A stretch of 64,000 bases of DNA. Origin: Candidatus Nanosyncoccus sp. Lineage in GTDB: Bacteria > Patescibacteriota > Saccharimonadia > Saccharimonadales > Saccharimonadaceae. Under the pieces are notes generated by a model. It did not search any database and was not told where the DNA came from. It saw nothing but the letters and a program-made list of their open reading frames with translations. The DNA lies in NCBI GenBank assembly GCA_045630905.1, contig JAZQTT010000013.1, forward strand, positions 2,192 through 66,191, given 5' to 3'. The translations under genes and the position numbers were made by a program. This document shows positions 18,788-28,172 of this stretch, in pieces (within the stretch, counting starts at the first letter, position 1; each line of letters starts with the position of its first letter).

Positions 18788-20383
18788 ATGAGCAGGATGG
18801 GGAAAATTGCGAGATATTTGAATCAGTTAATTGTAGGTAATGTTTTTGACTCCCCTGAAGTTCTTGAGACCTATTCAACAGATCGTTCAATCTTAAAAAT
18901 AAAACCGAAATACGTTGCTTTTCCAGAGTCTACAGAAGATATTTGCAAATTAATGCGTTTTTTTAATCAAATTGCGTTAAAAGATATTGACGTTTCTGTT
19001 ACGGTTAGAGGTGCTGGCAATAATGAGAGCGGATCGGCTCTTGGAAGTGATCTAATAATCTCAACTGAAAAATTAAACAAGATGCTAGAAATTGACCCAC
19101 GCGAGAGGCTTGTACGGGTCCAGTCAGGTATGACCTTAAAGGAACTTAATACCGCTTTATCCGTTTCTGGTCTCACTATCCCAGTTGGCGGACGTGATAA
19201 CGATACAATTGGCGGGCTGATTGCGGAATGCCCTAAGGATTCATATGCTGGTAAATATGGCGGAATTATGAATTTTGTCGAAAGAATTGAAGTTGTTCTA
19301 GCTAGCGGTGAATGCTTACAGACAGCAAAGTTGAGAAAATACGCTGTTGCTAAAAAAGCAACAGAACGTTCAGTTGAAGGTGACATATATAGAAAGATCT
19401 CAAAGCTCTTAAAAACTAATGAAAGTTATATAAATGAAGCGAGAAGAAATAACCGTGGACTATCTGGCTACCCAAATATCACAAAAATAATGGAACGTGA
19501 CGTATTGGATCTAGCACCATTGTTTGCTGGTTCAGAAGGAACACTGGGAATTATTTCTGAGGTAATTTTAAGAGCCGTCCCATATAGAAGACCGCCAATG
19601 AGGGCGATTGTGACCTTTAAAGATTTAGAATCATCGATTCAATTTATGGATGCTATTAAGCTATTAAAACCACGCGAGTTAAACTTTTATGATCTAAAGA
19701 TTGTACGTGAAGCTCGTGAAACTGGAAAGAACTTGGATGGTGTGATTAGAAAACTAGATGATGGATTTGTAGTATTCTTTAGTTTTGACGAACGTCTAAA
19801 TTATTACAACAAGAAACTGCAGGCTATTAAGGAAACTACACCACGTAATGCTAAATTTATCTTTGAGACTCCGTCTAATAAAATGATGTTTGATGAATTT
19901 GAAAATTCTTTGATTAGCTATATTAATTCACCAAAAAACGGCGAAAGAGTTCCAATTTTGACCGATTTTTATCTTCCTGCTTGGAATATTGATAGTTTCT
20001 TAGAAGATTTGAAGATTTTAAGTGAAAAATTAGAACTAGATTTGGCCTTATTTGGCTCATTTGATACCTCAAACTATAGTTTACGACCAAAATTTAATCT
20101 AAATGAGGATAACATCAACCGCAAGATGGCAACCTTCTTAAGGGCTGGAGCATACGTGATTGATCGCCAGGATGGGAAACTAGCAGGTGGCACACCAGAA
20201 GGGCGACTAAAAGCCGTGGTGACAAATGATGATCTTTCTAATATAGAGCTAAAACTTTATGATGGCGTAAAGAAGATTTTCGACCAGAATAAGATCTTAA
20301 ACCCAGACGTTAAACTTGGGGCCAGTTCGAAATTCACTTTGACCCATTTTAGAACTACCGCTTTACCTAAAGTTATGATATAA
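18788..20383 (+). CDS. FAD-binding oxidoreductase (GlcD/D-lactate dehydrogenase-like fold)
   Basis: VAFPESTEDI, VTVRGAG, VRVQSG, TIGGLI, LFAGSEGTLGIISEV, KKIFDQNKILNP. Confidence 0.85.
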   Translation: MSRMGKIARYLNQLIVGNVFDSPEVLETYSTDRSILKIKPKYVAFPESTEDICKLMRFFNQIALKDIDVSVTVRGAGNNESGSALGSDLIISTEKLNKMLEIDPRERLVRVQSGMTLKELNTALSVSGLTIPVGGRDNDTIGGLIAECPKDSYAGKYGGIMNFVERIEVVLASGECLQTAKLRKYAVAKKATERSVEGDIYRKISKLLKTNESYINEARRNNRGLSGYPNITKIMERDVLDLAPLFAGSEGTLGIISEVILRAVPYRRPPMRAIVTFKDLESSIQFMDAIKLLKPRELNFYDLKIVREARETGKNLDGVIRKLDDGFVVFFSFDERLNYYNKKLQAIKETTPRNAKFIFETPSNKMMFDEFENSLISYINSPKNGERVPILTDFYLPAWNIDSFLEDLKILSEKLELDLALFGSFDTSNYSLRPKFNLNEDNINRKMATFLRAGAYVIDRQDGKLAGGTPEGRLKAVVTNDDLSNIELKLYDGVKKIFDQNKILNPDVKLGASSKFTLTHFRTTALPKVMI

Positions 20384-20407
20384 TATAGGTAATATATAGG
20401 AGTTATT

Positions 20408-21688
20408 ATGAAGACAAAATCAAAAAAGCTTTCTGATGCACGTATTGAAATTACCGTTACATTAGATAGTAAAGATCTTAAGCCAATAGTAGAACAAGCT
20501 TTAGATAAACTAGCTAAAGAGGTTAAGGTAGAGGGATTTAGGAAAGGGAAAGTCCCCGCAGAAGTAGCAAAGAAATTCATCCCTGAGAATGATCTAAATG
20601 CAGAGGCACTTGATGCGGCAGTACGGGCAACCGTAATTCAAGCCTTTAGAGAAGAGTCCAAGTCTCCACTGGCAATACCTAGCGTAAATGTAACCAAATA
20701 TGTACCAGGTGAAATGGTTGAATACACCGCAACAGCGGACATTGTCCCAGATGTAAAGCTTGGTGATTACAAAAACCTTGGTGTGAAAAAAGATGAAGTT
20801 AAAATTACGGATAAAAGCATCAAGGAAGTGTTAGAAAACTTATCTTCTTCCTTTGCTGAGAAAAAAGTCGCAAAAAAGGCAGTAGAGGATGGTGATGAAG
20901 TAATTATTGATTTTGTTGGTAAAAAGGATGGAAAACCTTTTAATGGCGGTTCCGCAAAAGATTATCATCTAACTATTGGCTCAAAATCATTTATTCCTGG
21001 ATTTGAAGATGGAATAATTGGCCATGAACCAGGCGATAAGTTTGATCTTAACTTGACTTTTCCTAAAGATTATGGTGTGAAAGATTTAGCTGGCGCTAAG
21101 ACAGTTTTTGAAGTTTTGTTAAAACAAGTTAACGAAATCAAGAAAGCACCAATTGACGATGAACTTGCTAAAAAATGTGGGCCATTTAAAAATTTAGCTG
21201 AGCTTAAGGCTGATATTAGAAAGAATTTAACTTCACAACAAGAACATCAAGCTACTGAAGTTTTTAAAGACAATCTAGTAAAAGCTTTAGTAAAGAAGTC
21301 AAAAGTTTCTGCACCAGACATCTTGATTGATGATCAATTACACATGATGCGCGATGATGTAACTAGAAATGCGGGATCACACGGAATGAGCTTTGAAGAT
21401 TTTCTGGCAGCAAATAATGAGACGCTAGAGAACTGGGAAAAGGAAGCTCGTAAAATTGCCGAGGAGAGAGTAAAAAGCTCGCTTGTATTACAGAATTTAG
21501 CCTTGGAAGAAAAAATCACAGTTTCCGATGATTTGGTGGCAGCAAAAATTGCAGAATTAAAAGATGTCTATAAAAAATCTCCGGAAGCATTAAAGAGTCT
21601 TAAAGATCCAAATGTAAAAATGGATATTAAAAACCGCATGATTATTGAAAAGACTCTAGACTTCCTAGTGAAAGCAAACTCAAAATAA
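20408..21688 (+). CDS. tig: Trigger factor
   Basis: Ribosome-binding GFRKGKVP; FKBP domain VIIDFVGKKDG, FIPGFEDG, FPKDY. Confidence 0.97.
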   Translation: MKTKSKKLSDARIEITVTLDSKDLKPIVEQALDKLAKEVKVEGFRKGKVPAEVAKKFIPENDLNAEALDAAVRATVIQAFREESKSPLAIPSVNVTKYVPGEMVEYTATADIVPDVKLGDYKNLGVKKDEVKITDKSIKEVLENLSSSFAEKKVAKKAVEDGDEVIIDFVGKKDGKPFNGGSAKDYHLTIGSKSFIPGFEDGIIGHEPGDKFDLNLTFPKDYGVKDLAGAKTVFEVLLKQVNEIKKAPIDDELAKKCGPFKNLAELKADIRKNLTSQQEHQATEVFKDNLVKALVKKSKVSAPDILIDDQLHMMRDDVTRNAGSHGMSFEDFLAANNETLENWEKEARKIAEERVKSSLVLQNLALEEKITVSDDLVAAKIAELKDVYKKSPEALKSLKDPNVKMDIKNRMIIEKTLDFLVKANSK

Positions 21689-21691
21689 CAA

Positions 21692-21722
21692 ATAAAACCC
21701 GTTTTAAAAACGGGTTTTATTT
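21692..21722 (+). terminator. Intrinsic terminator after tig
   Basis: ATAAAACCCGTTT / AAACGGGTTTTAT inverted repeat. Confidence 0.85.
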
Positions 21723-21924
21723 TATCTAAAACTATAGCAAAATTCATAAAGATGTGTTATAATTAGGTTAAGAGTTTCAGCTGGTTTATGATTGCTGTAA
21801 ATAAACTGGCAAATAGTGAGCGCTAGATATGGTGTTTTGAGGGTGTTTTTAGACGCTTAAACCCTATATATAGCGTAGAAAAAATCACTATATATTATAT
21901 ATTAATCTAAATAAGGAAATTTTA

Positions 21925-22338
21925 ATGCCAACTATTAATCAGTTGATTCGTAAGCCTAGAAAAAAGGCTGCGAAAAAATCGAAATCTCCAGCGCTTGGTT
22001 CAATCGTAAATACTTTAAAAACCAAACGTTATGAGAAGGCAGCGCCTCTAAAGCGTGGTGTTTGTATTAAGGTAACAACTAAAACACCTAAGAAACCAAA
22101 CTCAGCGATGAGAAAGGTTGCCCGTGTACGTTTGACTAATGGTCAGGAAGTATGGGCTTACATTGGTGGTGAAGGTCACAACTTACAGGAACACGCCGTA
22201 GTGCTAGTACGTGGCGGACGTGTACCAGATCTTCCAGGTGTACGTTATCACATTGTACGCGGTACTCTTGATCTCCAAGGTGTACAAGGTCGCAAACAAG
22301 GTCGTTCTAAGTACGGCGCGAAGAAGGAGGACAAGTAA
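21925..22338 (+). CDS. rpsL: 30S ribosomal protein S12
   Basis: [44 protein letters not shown]. Confidence 0.99.
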   Translation: MPTINQLIRKPRKKAAKKSKSPALGSIVNTLKTKRYEKAAPLKRGVCIKVTTKTPKKPNSAMRKVARVRLTNGQEVWAYIGGEGHNLQEHAVVLVRGGRVPDLPGVRYHIVRGTLDLQGVQGRKQGRSKYGAKKEDK

Positions 22339-22814
22339 TGCCACGAAAAACTACTAAATCATTAGCCCGTAAAGTTAATCCGGATCGCAAATATCAATCC
22401 ATCTTAGTACAAAGATTAATCAACAAATCCATGTTGGATGGAAAAAAGCAAGTTGCGGAACGCGCAGTATATTCTGCAATCGAGGGCGCAGCAAAGAAAT
22501 TGAAATCAGAAAATCCAGTAGAAGTACTAGAGAAAGCGATTTCAAACGTTTCACCAGATTTTGAAGTTAAATCAAGACGTGTTGGTGGTGCAAACTACCA
22601 GATCCCATTTCCAATTTCAGGACACCGTCAACTTCACTTTGCGTTTTCTTGGTTAGTACAATCTGCCAGAGCACGCAGCGGAATGCCTTATGCTAAACGC
22701 TTGGAAGCTGAAATTGTTGATGCTTACAACGAAACTGGTGCCGCCTTCAAGAAGAAGGAAGATTGCCACAGAATGGCAGAAGCAAACCGCGCATTCGCAC
22801 ACTTTGCGAGATAA
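22338..22814 (+). CDS. rpsG: 30S ribosomal protein S7
   Basis: DGKKQVAE, EVKSRRVGGANYQIP, MAEANRAFAHF. Confidence 0.99.
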   Translation: MPRKTTKSLARKVNPDRKYQSILVQRLINKSMLDGKKQVAERAVYSAIEGAAKKLKSENPVEVLEKAISNVSPDFEVKSRRVGGANYQIPFPISGHRQLHFAFSWLVQSARARSGMPYAKRLEAEIVDAYNETGAAFKKKEDCHRMAEANRAFAHFAR

Positions 22815-22824
22815 TAGTTTGCTT

Positions 22825-22987
22825 TAAACTAAAACATTAAAAAATCCGCTTTGAGCAAACCCGAGTAAAATCCGAGGAGGTAAGTCAAGACGAGTACGGA
22901 GCTGGAATTTCGGCGCAGTCCTGATTTGCCGACGAGGATTTTACCTGGCGTGAAGCTCCCTGCGGGTTTTTTTGATGTTTTAGTTTA
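22825..22987. repeat. 163-bp palindromic (REP/MITE-like) stem-loop element
   Basis: Terminal IR 22825-49 / 22962-87; nested IRs GTAAAATCC/GGATTTTAC and 22879-91 / 22918-30. Confidence 0.75.
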
Positions 22988-23057
22988 TATCCTAATTTTT
23001 CTAGCAAAATGAAACTACGTGTGGTATAATTAACATAAGTGCAATCAGGAGGTAAAA

Positions 23058-24062
23058 ATGGTAAAAGTAGCGATTAATGGTTTTGGAAGAATTGGTCGTA
23101 ATGCTCTAAAAATTTTGTTAGAACGACGTGATGTTCAGGTTGTGGGTATTAATGATATCACCGACGCCAAAACTATGTCGCATCTTCTAAAACATGATTC
23201 TTCATACGGTACTTATGATAAAAAAGTATGTTATACTGATAAATCTTTAATTGTAAACACGCGAGAAATTCCGGTTTTCGCTGAGAAAGATCCAGCTAAA
23301 TTACCTTGGAAGAAATTAGGCGTAGACGTTGTAATTGAATCCACCGGATTATTCACTAAGCCAGAAGACGCTAGCTCGCATCTTTTGGCTGGAGCAAAGA
23401 AGGTAGTAATTTCAGCACCAGCTAAAGGTGGCGGAGTAAAAACCGTAGTGCTTGGCGTCAATGAAGAAGTTGTAACTAAAAAGGATTTCATTATTTCTAA
23501 TGCTTCTTGTACCACAAACTGTATTGCACCGATCATGAAAGTCTTAGAGGATGAGTTTGGGATTGAAAAAGCAATGATGACTACTGTTCATTCTTATACT
23601 GGATCGCAGAGAATCTTAGATGCGCCAGCTAAAGATTTAAGGGAAGCTAGAAGCGCTGCAGAAAACATTGTCCCAACTACTACCGGAGCATCAAAAGCTG
23701 CAGCATTAACCATTCCGAGCCTTCAAGACAAATTCACTGGCCTTTCTGTCCGGGTCCCAACACCAGTAGTTTCTCTGTCTGATATTACAGCAATATTAAA
23801 ACGTGAAACTACCAAAGAAGAACTAGCAACTCTATTTAAGAAAGCTGCTAAAGAACCATATTATGAGGGTATTATTGGTGTGACGGAAGAAGAATTGGTT
23901 TCGTCTGATTTTATTGGTGACCCACATTCCTGTATTGTAGATTTGCCATTAATTGATGTAGTCGACGGAAATATGATTAAGATTGTAGCTTGGTATGATA
24001 ATGAGTGGGGTTATTCAAACCGACTAGTAGAGCTCGCTGTTGATTTTGGAAAGGGAATCTAA
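23058..24062 (+). CDS. gap: Type I glyceraldehyde-3-phosphate dehydrogenase
   Basis: VAINGFGRIGR, SNASCTTNC, WYDNEWGYS. Confidence 0.99.
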   Translation: MVKVAINGFGRIGRNALKILLERRDVQVVGINDITDAKTMSHLLKHDSSYGTYDKKVCYTDKSLIVNTREIPVFAEKDPAKLPWKKLGVDVVIESTGLFTKPEDASSHLLAGAKKVVISAPAKGGGVKTVVLGVNEEVVTKKDFIISNASCTTNCIAPIMKVLEDEFGIEKAMMTTVHSYTGSQRILDAPAKDLREARSAAENIVPTTTGASKAAALTIPSLQDKFTGLSVRVPTPVVSLSDITAILKRETTKEELATLFKKAAKEPYYEGIIGVTEEELVSSDFIGDPHSCIVDLPLIDVVDGNMIKIVAWYDNEWGYSNRLVELAVDFGKGI

Positions 24063-24511
24063 TGAGAATTTATCTCGGAGCAGATTATCGCGGTTTTGAA
24101 CTAAAGCAGGTATTGGTTCAATTTTTGGCGAAAAAAGGATATGAAATAATTGACGAAGGAGCGTATGAATATAATGAAGGAGATGATTTTAATGATCCAG
24201 CGGTTAAAGTAGCGGAAGCTGTTAGAGAGGACTCTGGCACAATGGGCATTTTAATCTGCGATTCAGCTCATGGAGTCACAATGCAGGCAAATCGTTTTAA
24301 AGGTATCAGAGCGGCTCATTGCAACAATCCCGAATCCGCAAAACTGGCGCGCGAACATGATGATGCTAACGTGCTTTGTTTATCGGCACATTTTATAGAT
24401 AAGTCAAAGGCGGAAGAAATAATAGAAATATTCTTAAATACCGCTTTTGATAGCTTAGAACGCCGAGTTAGACGAATTAATCGTTTAGATGAAAGGGAGG
24501 ATTATGATTAG
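24062..24511 (+). CDS. rpiB: Ribose-5-phosphate isomerase B (RpiB/LacA/LacB family)
   Basis: IYLGADYRGFELK, GILIC, ANRFKGIRAA, AREHDDANVLCL, RRVRRI. Confidence 0.9.
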   Translation: MRIYLGADYRGFELKQVLVQFLAKKGYEIIDEGAYEYNEGDDFNDPAVKVAEAVREDSGTMGILICDSAHGVTMQANRFKGIRAAHCNNPESAKLAREHDDANVLCLSAHFIDKSKAEEIIEIFLNTAFDSLERRVRRINRLDEREDYD

Positions 24512-25160
24512 AACTGTATCAATAGTACCAACAATTCTATCCGACAATAAGCAGAATTATCGTACTCAGGTTGAAAAAATTAATGCCTTTACAAGACGAG
24601 TACAGATTGATGTAACGGATGGGATTTTTGCACCAACTGAGACCCTTGATATCACTAATGTTTGGTGGCCTAAAAATTGGGTCGCTGATCTACATTTAAT
24701 GGTAGCTAATCCTTCGCAGCATATAGATACGGTTTTAAAACTAACACCATCACTTTGTATTTTGCATGCTGAGTCAAATGAAGATTTATTACCACATTTC
24801 CAAAAACTAAAAGATGCCGGAATTAAAACCGGAGTAGCGCTTTTGCCGTCTACTTTCCCAGGCAATGTAAAACAATATATTGAAGCAGCTGATCATGTTT
24901 TGATCTTTGCGGGTCAGCTTGGAGTTCAGGGCTCGCCAGCAGATTTGATGCAAATGGAGAAAATTTCACTAGTACGAAGTTTAAAGCCAGAAGTTGAGAT
25001 TGGTTGGGATGGAGGAGCAAATATGACAAATGTCCGAGCCCTCGCGCATGCAGACCTTGATGTGATTAACGTAGGATCGGCAATTGCTGCAGCGGAAAAC
25101 CCTGCCGAAGCTTTCCAGGAATTGGTCGCGGAAATTGATAAAAATGGAGTGGTTTTATAA
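24504..25160 (+). CDS. rpe: Ribulose-phosphate 3-epimerase family
   Basis: QIDVTDGIF, DLHLMV, IGWDGG, VINVGSAI; start at ATG 24504 after GGGAGG. Confidence 0.88.
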   Translation: MIRTVSIVPTILSDNKQNYRTQVEKINAFTRRVQIDVTDGIFAPTETLDITNVWWPKNWVADLHLMVANPSQHIDTVLKLTPSLCILHAESNEDLLPHFQKLKDAGIKTGVALLPSTFPGNVKQYIEAADHVLIFAGQLGVQGSPADLMQMEKISLVRSLKPEVEIGWDGGANMTNVRALAHADLDVINVGSAIAAAENPAEAFQELVAEIDKNGVVL

Positions 25161-26122
25161 TGGCACGGATAGTTTCTCTTGGCTCAGCCCTGCAAGATAT
25201 TTATTTAATAGATCACGATGACCTAACTGCTACCCAGATTGGCGGTGATGCGATTTTTGGCAAAGTACTTGTAGGATCTAAAATTGACATTGATAAAATT
25301 TCTTATGAAGTTGGTGGCGGTGGCGTTAATTCGGCAATTACGTTTTCTAGACACGGTCACGAGGCGGTTTTTATTGGTAATATTTCACGCGATCCGGCAG
25401 GAACCGCAATTATTAAAGCTTTAGATCGTGAGTGCGTAGATAATAGCTACGTAAATTTCTTAGAGCGCCGAGCAACTGGAACTTCTGTAATTTTACTTGA
25501 TTCAAAAAGTGGTGAAAGGACAATTTTAACCCATCGTGGCGCATCTGAACAGTTTGGTAATTTTTCGGAAAAGGATCTGGATTTAATTCAACCGGATTGG
25601 CTATACGTAACAACTTTACGCGGAGATATGGATACCTTGATGCGATTTTTTAAACACGCGAACAAATCTGGGATTAAAATTATGTTTAATCCTGGCGTAA
25701 GAGAACTGGCAGAAAGGAAGAAATTAATTGAACTTCTGAAATATGTAGATATACTAAACGTAAATAAATCCGAGGCCTCACAAATCGTAAATGGTGTAGT
25801 TTTGACCGAGTTATTATATCATCTAAATGGTTACGTTGATACGGCAATTATTACCGATGGCGCTATGGGTGGTATAGCGGGGAATAGTGAAGAGACTTAT
25901 CGTTTTGGGATCTATGAAGATATTAAAGTTAAAGATGCAACTGGAGCTGGTGATGCGTTTGGATCAGGTTTTCTGGCCCATCTTGCTAGTGGAAAGACTT
26001 TTAAAAACTCTTTGGTCTTTGCGTCAGCAAATTCTACTTCCGTAGTAACGAAGCTTGGTGCTAATAAAGGAGTTTTAACTGGTAAGGAGAAATTGCACCC
26101 TATGCCAATTCAAAAGATTTAA
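25160..26122 (+). CDS. PfkB-family carbohydrate kinase
   Basis: GGGGVNSA, TGTSVIL, DATGAGDAFGSG. Confidence 0.92.
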   Translation: MARIVSLGSALQDIYLIDHDDLTATQIGGDAIFGKVLVGSKIDIDKISYEVGGGGVNSAITFSRHGHEAVFIGNISRDPAGTAIIKALDRECVDNSYVNFLERRATGTSVILLDSKSGERTILTHRGASEQFGNFSEKDLDLIQPDWLYVTTLRGDMDTLMRFFKHANKSGIKIMFNPGVRELAERKKLIELLKYVDILNVNKSEASQIVNGVVLTELLYHLNGYVDTAIITDGAMGGIAGNSEETYRFGIYEDIKVKDATGAGDAFGSGFLAHLASGKTFKNSLVFASANSTSVVTKLGANKGVLTGKEKLHPMPIQKI

Positions 26123-26131
26123 AGGAGTTTT

Positions 26132-26842
26132 ATGTTAAAAGCAGAAGAAGAGTTAATAAAAAAATTATCGATCGCTGATCTTGAACGCGCAAATGCCTAT
26201 GCTAAAGATTTAGGTAGAGGCCTGCAGATTGTGCGATCTTTCCCACAAGGTGTAACAGTTTTTGGTTCAGCAAGATTACCTCAAGATAACAAGTATTGCA
26301 AGATGGCCTACGATTTAGGTCACCTACTAGCCGAGAATGGACATGCCGTAATTACAGGTGGAGGTCCAGGCATTATGGAGGCAGCTTCACATGGTGCATA
26401 TGAAATTGGTGGGCGGACGATTGGCCTTAATATTAAGCTCATGCACGAACAGTATCCAAATCCATACTTAACGGATTGTCTAACTTTTGAATACTTCTTC
26501 GCGCGCAAAGTATCATTATCGATGTCCGCTAAAGTCTTCGTTTTCTTCCCGGGAGGATATGGCACTATGGATGAATTAGCTGAAGTTTTATGTTTAATGC
26601 AGGAATCCAGAATGCCAAAAATGCCAGTATTTCTGATTGGCAAAAGCTTTTGGAAGAATTTTGACCGTGTAATCTCAAAAATGGTTGATGAAAAATTAAT
26701 CGGACAAAAAGACGCAATTATATTTAAGGTTACTGATGATATTCATGAAGTAGTAAAAGCGGCAAATAAAATTGGACACCCAAAAGTTTCAGAAAACTTT
26801 TACGATGGGTTCCGTGAAGCTGCATCACTTGCACAATCTTAA
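26132..26842 (+). CDS. LOG-family (TIGR00730-type) Rossmann-fold protein
   Basis: VTVFGSARL, ITGGGPGIMEAA, YFFARK, FPGGYGTMDEL. Confidence 0.92.
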   Translation: MLKAEEELIKKLSIADLERANAYAKDLGRGLQIVRSFPQGVTVFGSARLPQDNKYCKMAYDLGHLLAENGHAVITGGGPGIMEAASHGAYEIGGRTIGLNIKLMHEQYPNPYLTDCLTFEYFFARKVSLSMSAKVFVFFPGGYGTMDELAEVLCLMQESRMPKMPVFLIGKSFWKNFDRVISKMVDEKLIGQKDAIIFKVTDDIHEVVKAANKIGHPKVSENFYDGFREAASLAQS

Positions 26843-28099
26843 AGTTGGGTTTGTATCGGCAATACGAATTAATTCATTATATTTAGCAATGCGTTCAGTC
26901 CTAGACAAAGAACCGGTTTTTATTTGCCCGGCACCAAGACCAACTGCAAGATGAGCAATGCTGATATCTTCAGTTTCTCCAGAGCGGTGAGAAATAATTG
27001 TCTTATAACCAGATTTCTTAGCAAGTAAAACTGCATTAATTGTTTCCGTTAAGGTTCCGATTTGATTTGGTTTAATTAGAATTGCGTTTGCGCATTTTTC
27101 TTTAATACCACGTTCTAAGAGCTTTACATTAGTGACGAATAAATCGTCGCCGACTAATTGTACGCGATCACCCAAACGTTCAGTCATGATCTGCCAGTTT
27201 TTCCAATCATTTTCCGCTAGACCATCCTCTATGGAGACTACTGAATAGTTATCTATCATCCAAGTATACCAATTGATTAGATCATCAGCGGTTTTCCAAT
27301 CACCATTAGTTTTTAGAACATAATGGCCGTCTTCATAAAACTCGCTGGCAGCAATATCCATTGCGATCTTAAAATCTGTACCAAATTTATAGCCAGCTTT
27401 TTCTACGGCATATTTAATACATTCCAGCGGTTCATTATTGCCGTCACGCACCTTTGGAGCATAGCCACCTTCGTCACCAACGGTAGTAGGGTAGCCACGT
27501 TCTTTTAAAACATCTTTTAAAGCATGAAAAACCTCTGCCCCCATACGAATAGCATTAATAATATCATCCGCCCCACTTGGAATGATCATATACTCTTGGA
27601 AATCGGTGGCCCAGGAAGCATGTTCGCCACCATTCATCACATTCATCATTGGCATTGGGAGAGACATTTCTTTAATAGTACCAGCAAGTTCGGCAACATA
27701 TTTATAAAATGGTTTTTTTAAAGCGCGGGCGTTAGCCTTAGCATTGGCAAGAGAAACCGCTAAAATAGCATTTGCGCCAAGTGAAGATTTATTGTCTGTA
27801 CCATCAACTTCTAGCATAATCTGATCAACATAACGAGGATCAGCAGAGTTGTTTACTAAAATATCTCGAATCTTTGAATTAACATTCCAAACTGCCTTCA
27901 GGACGCCTTTACCATTATATCTAGATGGGTCTGCATCGCGAAGCTCTAGCGCTTCTCCTGACCCAGTGGAAGCACCAGAAGGAACAATTGCTCGTCCAAA
28001 AGCTCCATTTTCTAAAAACACTTCCGCTTCGATTGTGGGATTACCCCGCGAATCTAAAACTTGTCTTGCTTTAATGTTTTTAATTACAAAGTTATCCAT
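26825..28099 (-). CDS. eno: Enolase
   Basis: RQVLDSRGNPT, VPSGASTG, EDGLAEND, VGDDLFVTN, SHRSGETED, QIKTGSLSRTERIAKYN; true start MDNFVIKN at 28099. Confidence 0.98.
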   Translation of the reverse strand: MDNFVIKNIKARQVLDSRGNPTIEAEVFLENGAFGRAIVPSGASTGSGEALELRDADPSRYNGKGVLKAVWNVNSKIRDILVNNSADPRYVDQIMLEVDGTDNKSSLGANAILAVSLANAKANARALKKPFYKYVAELAGTIKEMSLPMPMMNVMNGGEHASWATDFQEYMIIPSGADDIINAIRMGAEVFHALKDVLKERGYPTTVGDEGGYAPKVRDGNNEPLECIKYAVEKAGYKFGTDFKIAMDIAASEFYEDGHYVLKTNGDWKTADDLINWYTWMIDNYSVVSIEDGLAENDWKNWQIMTERLGDRVQLVGDDLFVTNVKLLERGIKEKCANAILIKPNQIGTLTETINAVLLAKKSGYKTIISHRSGETEDISIAHLAVGLGAGQIKTGSLSRTERIAKYNELIRIADTNPTLRLCK

Positions 28100-28172
28100 A
28101 CAAATATTATATACCAAAAACAAAAAACTTATGTTAAAATGTAAGAAAGGTAGACTAAAAGAAGGAGTTTTT

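Noticed and set aside
18568-18840. 90-aa ORF
   Set aside because: Runs across tRNA-Leu; spurious.
27849-28172. N-terminal extension of the 27849-29753 ORF
   Set aside because: Antisense to enolase; an SD supports ATG 28173.
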